Shown here in pieces: positions 13,862-21,929 of a stretch of 64,000 nt of DNA (position 1 is its first letter; the number at the start of each line of letters is the position of its first letter). A program made the translations under genes and the position numbers. Under the pieces are notes generated by a model. That model was not told where the DNA came from, did no database searches, and saw only the letters and a list, made by a program, of their open reading frames with translations. The stretch lies in NCBI RefSeq assembly GCF_011386835.1, contig NC_088812.1, positions 12,586,001-12,650,000 of the forward strand, read 5' to 3'. Source of the DNA: Chrysemys picta bellii (taxonomy: Eukaryota).

Positions 13862-14209
13862 TGACTTAGTTACTCCATCCTGCCTCTTGCACCCAGCCAC
13901 CACCAGGCGCAGCGGGTCTCGCTGCCTGGCCTGGTGCTCCACAGAGGAGTCTCCCTTGTTCGTTTTCCCCCAGGCGTGAGAGGCAGCGTTAAGCGTGTGA
14001 TGGGGCAGATCAAGGCCCCCCCCCCACCCCACACGCACTGCCAGAGCTGCTGATGGTGTCAGATGGGCAGCCTCAGCCTCGCTTCCTCTGCCCAGGGGCA
14101 GCTCCGGGATGCGCTTGGTGACGTCCCTGGAGAGGGGTGCTGACCCGCCGAGCAGGAACCGGGAAATAAAAGGGCTCTGTTGTGTTCTCGGGGGGGGGGG
14201 GGGGGGGGT

Positions 14210-14531
14210 GCCCTGCCTGGCATTTCCCCCGCCCCAGGGGAAGGGGTTGTGCTGGCAGCGGGGGGACGAAGAGGGGTGTCATGCAGAACACGTGGGCTGG
14301 TGTCTGCATCACTGGGTGGGCAAGAAGGGAGCAGACCACGGAGTGGGCTGTTTCCCCCAGGAGCCAGTTGGCCGTAACCCTTCGTTCCCAGGTCACCCCC
14401 ACCGCTGCCGGGTAGAGGCTTTGCTGCAGTGTGGGGGGGTCAGTCACAAGGCTGTCGAGTGAGGGGATGATTCGTAGGGTTTAAGGCCAGAGGGGATCAG
14501 GAAACGATCCTTCCCTCTGTGCTGAGCCGGT
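14210..14531 (+). repeat. 322-bp host intron segment, left copy of the duplication flanking the retrotransposon
   Basis: gccctgcctgg...tgctgagccggt appears identical to 20521-20842. Confidence 0.95.
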
Positions 14532-14941
14532 TGGGGGAGTTAGGGCCCTGCACCCCTCTTCCCGAGATTCACTGCGACTCTCAGCCAGCCAGTAAAGCAG
14601 AAGGTTTATTCAAGGACAGGAACACAGTCTCAAGCAGAGCGTGTAGGTACGACCAGACCCCCCTCAATTAGGTCCCTCTGGGAGGTTCAGGGAGCTTAGA
14701 CCCCAGCTTGGGGTTCCCTGCGTTGCACCACCCAGCCCCAACCGAAACTAAACTCCCAGCCCCTCCCGCTGCTCCTCTCCTTTGTTCAGTCTCCCGGGCA
14801 GAAGGTGTTAATTCTCCCCACCCCCGTTCCTGGCTCAGGTTACAGCTCAGGTAGCTCCCTTCAAGGGAAGTCCCACATCCCCACTGCAACCCCCCTGCAA
14901 CATTCCCAGGTCAAATCTGCCCTGCTCCCTGCTCCGTCACA
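14532..14941 (-). repeat. 3' LTR (410 bp; lacks the terminal 12 bp present in the 5' LTR)
   Basis: Matches 20111-20520 base for base by eye. Begins TGTGACGGA on the minus strand right after the PPT; AATAAA on minus at 14605-14610. Confidence 0.95.
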
Positions 14942-17900
14942 TCTCTCCCCCCTTCGAGACTGAACTGAGCGGGGTCACTCTGACCAGTGACCTGGGGAAG
15001 TTCAGGGCTCCCTCTCCGGGACAACGCGTCCGCTATCAGGTTGTCACGTCCCTTCACATGGACCACGTCCATGTCATAATCCTGCAGGAGCAGGCTCCAT
15101 CTCAGGAGCTTGGCGTTGGCTCCTTTCATCTGGTGCAGCCAGGTCAGGGGAGAGTGGTCGGTGTGCACGGTGAAGTGACGCCCAAAGAGATATGGCTCTA
15201 GTTTCTTGAGGGCCCACACCATGGCCAGGCATTCCTTCTCGATGGCCGCGTAGTTCTGCTCCCGGGGTAGTAACTTCTTGCTCAGGTACACGATGGGGTG
15301 TCTCTCCCCCTTTTCATCCTCCTGCATTAACACCGCCCCCAGTCCTGTGTCTGAGGCGTCGGTGAACACCATAAAGGGCTTGTCAAAGTCTGGGTTTGCC
15401 AGAACTGGGCCACTGACCAGAGCCTCCTTCAGCGCCCGGAGAGCCTCCTGGCACTCCTCGGTCCAGACCACTTTGTCTGGCTTCCCCTTCTTGCACAGCT
15501 CAGTGATGGGGGCGGCTATGGCGCTAAAGTGGGGCACGAACCTCCGATAGTACCCTGCCATCCCAATAAAGGCTTGGACCTGCTTTTTGGTTTGAGGAGC
15601 GGGCCAGTCTCTGATCACCTCCACTTTGGCTGGTTCCGGCTTTAGGCAGCCGCTTCCCACCCGGTGGCCTAGGTAGGATACCTCAGCCATCCCCACCTTG
15701 CACTTCTCCGGTTTTACGGTCAGCCCAGCCTTCTGGAGTCGGTCCAGCACTTGTCTAACCTGGGATATGTGGTCCTCCCAGGTCTGGCTAAAGACACAGA
15801 TGTCATCGATATACGCCACGGCAAAACTCTCCATCCCCCTCAGTAGCTGATCCACCAGGCGCTGGAAGGTGGCCGGCGCTCCCTTGAGGCCGAAGGGCAG
15901 GGTCAGGAACTCATAGAGCCCCAGAGGGGTGACAAAGGCCGATTTCAGCCTGGCATCTGCATCCAGCGGCACTTGCCAATAGCCCTTTGTAAGATCCATG
16001 GTGGTAAGGTACCGAGCACCTCCCAGCTTGTCTAGGAGCTCGTCCGGCCTGGGCATGGGGTAGGCATCGGCTACAGTGATGGCATTGAGCTTCCGATAGT
16101 CCACACAGAACCGGATCGACCCGTCCTTTTTGGGGACCAGCACCACCGGCGAGGCCCAAGGGCTGGAAGACGGCTGGATCACCCCCAAAGCCAGCATGTC
16201 ATTGACCTCTCTTTCCAGGTCCTGAGCAGTTTTCCCTGTGGCTCGGAAGGGGGAGCATTTTATAGGCGGGTGCGATCCTGTCTGCACCCGGTGGACAGTC
16301 AGATTAGTGCGTCCAGGCTGGTTGGAAAACAGCTGCTGGTACAGATGCAGCACCCCTCCGATCTCAGCTCGCTGGGCAGGGGTTAGCCGATCAGAGAGGG
16401 GAATTGCTTCCAGGGGGAAGCCAACTCTTGTCCCAGGGAATAGATCTACTAAAGGGTCATCCCCCTGCCCCTCCCACTGTCCACACACGGCCAACACCAT
16501 ATTCCCCCTGTCATAATATGGCTTCATCATATTCACATGGTACACCCGGTGGTGATGTGCCCGGTTCGACAGCTCCACCACATAGTTTACCTCGTTTAGT
16601 TGCTTGACAACCTTGAAGGGCCCTTCCCAGGCGGCCTGGAGTTTGTTTTTCCTCACGGGGATGAGGACCATCACCTGATCCCCAGTGGCGAAGGCGCGGG
16701 CCCGTGCTGTGCGGTCATACCAGACCTTCTGCTTCCTCTGGGCTCTGGCCAGATTCTCCCTGGCCAGGCCCATGAGCTCGGCAAGTCGTTCCCGGAAGGT
16801 CAGGACATACTCCACCACCGACTCTCCGTCAGGAGTGGCCTTCCCCTCCCATTCGTCTCTCATCAGGTCGAGGGGCCCCCTTACCCGCCTTCCATATAGC
16901 AGTTCGAAAGGCGAAAACCCGGTAGACTCCTGGGGTACCTCCCTGTACGCAAACAGCAGGTGAGGTAAGTACTTGTCCCAGTCCTGCGGGTGCTGATTCA
17001 TAAATGTTTTCAGCATCATTTTTAGCGTCCCATTGAACCTCTCCACCAGCCCGTTGGATTGGGGGTGATATGCTGAGGCCCAGTTGTGCCGGACCCCACA
17101 TCTCTCCCACAAGCACCGGAGTAGGGCCGACATGAAGTTGGACCCTTGGTCCGTCAAGACTTCCTTGGGGAACCCCACTCGGCTGAAAATGGTCAGCAGC
17201 GCATCCGCCACAGTGTCTGCTTCAATGGACGATAAGGGCACTGCCTCGGGGTAGCGGGTGGCGAAATCTACCACCACCAGGATGTATTTCTTCCCAGACC
17301 GGGTCGTCTTGCTGAGAGGTCCCACTATGTCCATGGCCACCTTCTGGAAAGGCTCCTCTATGATGGGCAAAGGTCTCAATGCTGCCTTCCCCTTGTCCCG
17401 GGCCTTCCCCACCCTCTGGCAGGGGTCACAGGATCGGCAGTACTGCCGGACGTTGGTGAAGACCCCGGGCCAGTAAAAGTTCTGTAGCAGCCTCTGCCTG
17501 GTGCGCCGGATCCCCTGGTGCCCTGCGAGAGGGATGTCATGGGCCAGGTACAGTAGCTTGTGGCGAAACTTCTGGGGAACCACCAGCTGCCTCCTGATCC
17601 CCCACGACTCCACTTCCCCCGGGGGAGCCCACTCTCGGTAGAGGAACCCCTTCTCCCACAGGAACCTCTCCTTGCATCCTCTCCTCATGGTCTGTCCCAC
17701 ACTGAGGTCAGCCAGGCCCCTTAGCTTCCGCAGGGAGGGGTCCTTCTGCAACTCGGCCTGGAACTCGGCGGCTGAGGAAGGGATGGGGACCTGCTCCCTC
17801 TCGTCGGCTGGGTCGGAAGCCCCAGCCACCCCGCGGCCTGTCCTTGGGTGTTCCCTCCCCACCCGGGAAGGGTTCGGTGCCTCCGGTGGGACATCCTTCC

Positions 17901-19758
17901 CAAGGTCAGGGCGTAGTGCCCCTCGCCGGCTCTGGCTACGGGTCACGACTAAGGCGGTCTGGGGGCTGCTTGGCCAGTCCTCTAGGTCCCCCCCCATCAA
18001 CACCTCAGTGGGCAAATGGTGGTGCACTCCCACGTCCTTGGGGCCCTCCTTGGCCCCCCATTTCAGGTGTACCCTCGCTACGGGAACCTTGAATGGGGTC
18101 CCGCCCACCCCGGTCAGGGTCAGGAAGGTGTTGGGCACCAGCCGATCTGGGGCCACCACCTCGGGCCGGGCCAGTGTCACCTCTGCGCCCGTGTCCCAGT
18201 ATCCATAAACTTTCTTCCCATCCACCTCCAGGGGAACAAGGCACTCGCTCCGCAGGGACAGCCCCGCGCCAACCCTGTAAACGGAGAACTTTGAATCCGG
18301 AGCATCTGGCCCCCCAGAGAAGCTGGCCGGGGGCCCTTCTCTCTCTTGAGCAGTTGATAAGCTGCCAGCCCCTCTTGCGTGGGAAGCCTGCCCCTCGTCC
18401 GTCTGGGCCTCTACCAAGTTAACCCGGTGCGGGTTCGGTCTGCTCAGTCTGTCCTTGAGCTTGGGGCACTGGGCCCGAACGTGGCCTCTTCGGCCGCAGT
18501 AATAGCAGCTCAGGTCCCGTGGGTCCCCTCGAGCCGGTCGGTTGTCCCTGATGCTGGGCCTTCCCCGTGGGAGGGGATTCCCCATATTCCCCCTTTGGGA
18601 GGTCCCAGGGTGACTCTCTCTCTGCATCGCGGCGGGCCTGTTCCTTTGGGGCTCCTCCCTGCCACCCCCTGACCGGCTCTTTACAAACTCATCAGCCAGC
18701 TGCCCGGCGTGTCGCGGGTTCTCTGGCTTTCTGTCCAGCAACCACAGCCTCAGGTCGGATGGGCACCGCTCATACAGTTGCTCCAGTACCAGCAGTTTAA
18801 TCAGGTCCTCCTTCGTCTGGGCCCCACCAGCCCACTTGCTGGCGTATCTTTCCATGCGGACGGCTAGTTGCAAATATGAGATCTCAGGGGTTTTATCTTG
18901 ACCCCGGAACCTTTCCCGGTACATCTCAGGAGTCAGCCCAAACTCTCGTAGCAGGGCCCTTTTGAATAGTTCGTAGTCCCCTTTCTCTGCCTCTCCCAGT
19001 TGGCGGTACAATGCCACGGATTTGGGGTCCAGTAAGGGGGTAAGGACCCGGAGTCTGTCCGCGGGATCCACCCGGTGCAGCTCGCAGGCCGTCTCAAAGG
19101 CCTCCAGGAAGTCATCCATGTCCTCCCCCTCCTTGTATGGGGCCATGATGCACTTATCAAAGCTCCGTGCAGTCCTGGGTCCCCCCTCACTCACCGCAGC
19201 CGGGGGTTCGCTGCCCCTCAGTCTCGCCAGTTCCAGTTCATGCTGTCTTTGTCTCTCATTCTCCTCCCGTTCATGCTGTCTCTGTCTCTCTTCACGCTGA
19301 TGCTGTCTCTCTTCATGCTGTCTCTGTTGTTCACGATCCTCCAGCTCCCTCAGTTTTAGCTCTTTCTCCCATTCCAGCCAATTCCGCTCCCCGGATGCCG
19401 AACGTCGCCGGGAGGCTCCTCTGCTGGCCGGCGGGCTTCGCCGGGGGGACCCCCTGCTGGCCGGGGGGGTCACGGCGCCCTCGGTATTTGCTGGGCTCCT
19501 CCCCACCCTTCCCCTAGGCATAGGAAGGAGGGGTCTCGGGAAGCCCTCAGCAGCCGGCTGACCACTCCCAGCTGGGACAGACACTGGTGCCTGCGCTGCA
19601 TTTGCCAGGCTGCTTCCCTGAGACACAGGGATCAGTTCATTCGCGCGATCTTCCGCCTCCAGCTGGGCAATGAGCTGTTCTTTGGTGAGCCTCCCAATGC
19701 GCAGCCGCCTCTGCTTGCACAGCTCCACCAGGTCGCTCTTAAGCCGCTTGGCATACAT
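14911..19758 (-). CDS. Gag-Pol polyprotein (1615 aa from first ATG): SCAN-like capsid, CCHC knuckle, protease, integrase, RT, RNase H
   Basis: ATG at 19758 (the ORF track starts at an upstream GTG, 19773). Motifs: LVLEQLY/LRLWLLDRKP (SCAN-like), CYYCGRRGHVRAQC, WDTGAEVT (DTG 18187-18195), HDIPLAGH..CRSCDPC, MDIVGP/LTDQGSNF/SNGLVERFN (D,D35E), EGPF, YIDD (15802-15813), FTDASD/EKECLA/TDH/ADALSR. Confidence 0.96.
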   Translation of the reverse strand: MYAKRLKSDLVELCKQRRLRIGRLTKEQLIAQLEAEDRANELIPVSQGSSLANAAQAPVSVPAGSGQPAAEGFPRPLLPMPRGRVGRSPANTEGAVTPPASRGSPRRSPPASRGASRRRSASGERNWLEWEKELKLRELEDREQQRQHEERQHQREERQRQHEREENERQRQHELELARLRGSEPPAAVSEGGPRTARSFDKCIMAPYKEGEDMDDFLEAFETACELHRVDPADRLRVLTPLLDPKSVALYRQLGEAEKGDYELFKRALLREFGLTPEMYRERFRGQDKTPEISYLQLAVRMERYASKWAGGAQTKEDLIKLLVLEQLYERCPSDLRLWLLDRKPENPRHAGQLADEFVKSRSGGGREEPQRNRPAAMQRESHPGTSQRGNMGNPLPRGRPSIRDNRPARGDPRDLSCYYCGRRGHVRAQCPKLKDRLSRPNPHRVNLVEAQTDEGQASHARGAGSLSTAQEREGPPASFSGGPDAPDSKFSVYRVGAGLSLRSECLVPLEVDGKKVYGYWDTGAEVTLARPEVVAPDRLVPNTFLTLTGVGGTPFKVPVARVHLKWGAKEGPKDVGVHHHLPTEVLMGGDLEDWPSSPQTALVVTRSQSRRGALRPDLGKDVPPEAPNPSRVGREHPRTGRGVAGASDPADEREQVPIPSSAAEFQAELQKDPSLRKLRGLADLSVGQTMRRGCKERFLWEKGFLYREWAPPGEVESWGIRRQLVVPQKFRHKLLYLAHDIPLAGHQGIRRTRQRLLQNFYWPGVFTNVRQYCRSCDPCQRVGKARDKGKAALRPLPIIEEPFQKVAMDIVGPLSKTTRSGKKYILVVVDFATRYPEAVPLSSIEADTVADALLTIFSRVGFPKEVLTDQGSNFMSALLRCLWERCGVRHNWASAYHPQSNGLVERFNGTLKMMLKTFMNQHPQDWDKYLPHLLFAYREVPQESTGFSPFELLYGRRVRGPLDLMRDEWEGKATPDGESVVEYVLTFRERLAELMGLARENLARAQRKQKVWYDRTARARAFATGDQVMVLIPVRKNKLQAAWEGPFKVVKQLNEVNYVVELSNRAHHHRVYHVNMMKPYYDRGNMVLAVCGQWEGQGDDPLVDLFPGTRVGFPLEAIPLSDRLTPAQRAEIGGVLHLYQQLFSNQPGRTNLTVHRVQTGSHPPIKCSPFRATGKTAQDLEREVNDMLALGVIQPSSSPWASPVVLVPKKDGSIRFCVDYRKLNAITVADAYPMPRPDELLDKLGGARYLTTMDLTKGYWQVPLDADARLKSAFVTPLGLYEFLTLPFGLKGAPATFQRLVDQLLRGMESFAVAYIDDICVFSQTWEDHISQVRQVLDRLQKAGLTVKPEKCKVGMAEVSYLGHRVGSGCLKPEPAKVEVIRDWPAPQTKKQVQAFIGMAGYYRRFVPHFSAIAAPITELCKKGKPDKVVWTEECQEALRALKEALVSGPVLANPDFDKPFMVFTDASDTGLGAVLMQEDEKGERHPIVYLSKKLLPREQNYAAIEKECLAMVWALKKLEPYLFGRHFTVHTDHSPLTWLHQMKGANAKLLRWSLLLQDYDMDVVHVKGRDNLIADALSRRGSPELPQVTGQSDPAQFSLEGGRDVTEQGAGQI
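14942..14955 (-). other. Polypurine tract (PPT)
   Basis: GAAGGGGGGAGAGA on the minus strand immediately 5' of the 3' LTR TG. Confidence 0.92.
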
Positions 19759-20078
19759 CTTCCTGCTGGCCACTCACCGGCCTGTGTGCTCACAGCTCCC
19801 CACAGTTCCCAGGGAGACCCCTAGTGTGCCAGCCCTTCTCGAGGTCACCACCTCTCTGCCAGGGTCGAGCTGCAGACTCCTCCGCCCCTGGGACCACTCG
19901 CTGCGATCCCCCCGGGGGACCCTGTTACTGCAAAAGTCCTTCTCGCTGGTCACACACTCCCAGGGGTAATAACCGTCTCTCTCCCACTCTTCAGCAGGCC
20001 TGGTCCCCGTCAATCCCCCTTCGTTTTACTGCTCCCCAGTCACTTACTGCAGGAAGCGCCGTCCACGGGGTGCAGTAG

Positions 20079-20096
20079 ATCCCGTCGCTGCCACCA
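20079..20096 (-). other. Primer binding site, tRNA-Leu(AAG/UAG)-like
   Basis: TGGTGGCAGCGACGGGAT, 2 nt after the 5' LTR end. 16/18 match to the complement of the recalled vertebrate tRNA-Leu 3' end (TGGTGGCAGCGGTGGGAT). Confidence 0.8.
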
Positions 20097-20098
20097 GT

Positions 20099-20520
20099 TG
20101 TTGCGGATTGTGGGGGAGTTAGGGCCCTGCACCCCTCTTCCCGAGATTCACTGCGACTCTCAGCCAGCCAGTAAAGCAGAAGGTTTATTCAAGGACAGGA
20201 ACACAGTCTCAAGCAGAGCGTGTAGGTACGACCAGACCCCCCTCAATTAGGTCCCTCTGGGAGGTTCAGGGAGCTTAGACCCCAGCTTGGGGTTCCCTGC
20301 GTTGCACCACCCAGCCCCAACCGAAACTAAACTCCCAGCCCCTCCCGCTGCTCCTCTCCTTTGTTCAGTCTCCCGGGCAGAAGGTGTTAATTCTCCCCAC
20401 CCCCGTTCCTGGCTCAGGTTACAGCTCAGGTAGCTCCCTTCAAGGGAAGTCCCACATCCCCACTGCAACCCCCCTGCAACATTCCCAGGTCAAATCTGCC
20501 CTGCTCCCTGCTCCGTCACA
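20099..20520 (-). repeat. 5' LTR (422 bp, complete)
   Basis: Minus strand TGTGACGGA...TCCGCAACA with imperfect terminal inverted repeat (7/9); AATAAA on minus at 20184-20189. Confidence 0.95.
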
Positions 20521-20842
20521 GCCCTGCCTGGCATTTCCCCCGCCCCAGGGGAAGGGGTTGTGCTGGCAGCGGGGGGACGAAGAGGGGTGTCATGCAGAAC
20601 ACGTGGGCTGGTGTCTGCATCACTGGGTGGGCAAGAAGGGAGCAGACCACGGAGTGGGCTGTTTCCCCCAGGAGCCAGTTGGCCGTAACCCTTCGTTCCC
20701 AGGTCACCCCCACCGCTGCCGGGTAGAGGCTTTGCTGCAGTGTGGGGGGGTCAGTCACAAGGCTGTCGAGTGAGGGGATGATTCGTAGGGTTTAAGGCCA
20801 GAGGGGATCAGGAAACGATCCTTCCCTCTGTGCTGAGCCGGT
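20521..20842 (+). repeat. 322-bp host intron segment, right copy
   Basis: Appears identical to 14210-14531 and starts exactly at the intact LTR terminus. Confidence 0.95.
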
Positions 20843-20935
20843 AACTGATGTGTGGCCAGAGCATCCCTGGCCCTCAGCTCCCTCCTTTGGGGAGAGAGGA
20901 GGGTGGGAAAGCCCCCCCTCCCCCCATTGCTTTGA

Positions 20936-21238
<303 letters not shown>

Positions 21239-21824
21239 TAGCTTGGGGGCAGGCAGGGGGAGAGGAACGAGGTTTCTTGGGAGAGTGCAGGGCTGGAGCT
21301 GGGGACTGGAAGCCACTTGCCCTCCAGCCGTAGCTGAGCTCCTTAGCCCTCCACTGATGCTGCACGGACAGCAAGAGCCGCCCCCTCTTCCCCCACCCCG
21401 CTGGGGCAGCCTGAGACACGGGGGGAAGTGACTTGTCCAGGCCACGCAATCAGCGGCAGAACCAGCAATAGACCCCAGATCCCCATGCGGTAGCGGCTGG
21501 AACGAGAACCAGGAGTCCTGCCTGCCCGACCCTCTGCCCTTCCGCTGCGAGAGGCGTTAGCCCCGGCGTCCAGACCAGAGTTCATCGCATTGTCTCTAAA
21601 TTCCCCCGGAGATGTTCCAAGGGTTTGAGATTCCGTCTCGTTCCCTGTCCTTAGCGGTGGTGTTGGAACAACTACCACGTTCCACCCCAGGGGCAGCTGC
21701 ACTACAGCCTTGGGTGTGACCCACCCACCTTGGTGCTTCAGGATGACAGTTGCCATGGGAATGGCAGGGTTCCCGCCTGTCCCGTCCCCCACCCACAATA
21801 ACCACCACCCCCTCTCCTACCCAG

Positions 21825-21929
21825 CAAATGCTGCACTACGACCCCAACAAGCGGATTTCGGCCAAGTCAGCGCTGAACCATCCCTTCTTCCGGGACGTCA
21901 CCAAGGCCGTCCCTCACCTGCGCTTGTGA
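21825..21929 (+). CDS. CDK2: CDK2 exon 7 (to stop)
   Basis: cccag| [34 protein letters not shown]. Exon sum 897 nt = 298 aa plus stop. Confidence 0.98.
   Translation, partial: QMLHYDPNKRISAKSALNHPFFRDVTKAVPHLRL

Larger units (their letters stand above)
14532..20520 (-). mobile_element. Full-length Gmr1-like Ty3/Gypsy LTR retrotransposon in CDK2 intron 5, antisense to CDK2
   Basis: Two direct LTRs, tRNA PBS, PPT and a single uninterrupted gag-PR-IN-RT-RH ORF. No env seen. Confidence 0.96.

Noticed and set aside
14668-14889. Identical 73-aa ORF here and at 20247-20468
   Set aside because: Simply reflects the two LTR copies.
15278-19517. Numerous plus-strand ORFs inside the retroelement
   Set aside because: Antisense shadows of the gag-pol ORF; no env-like or accessory features seen.
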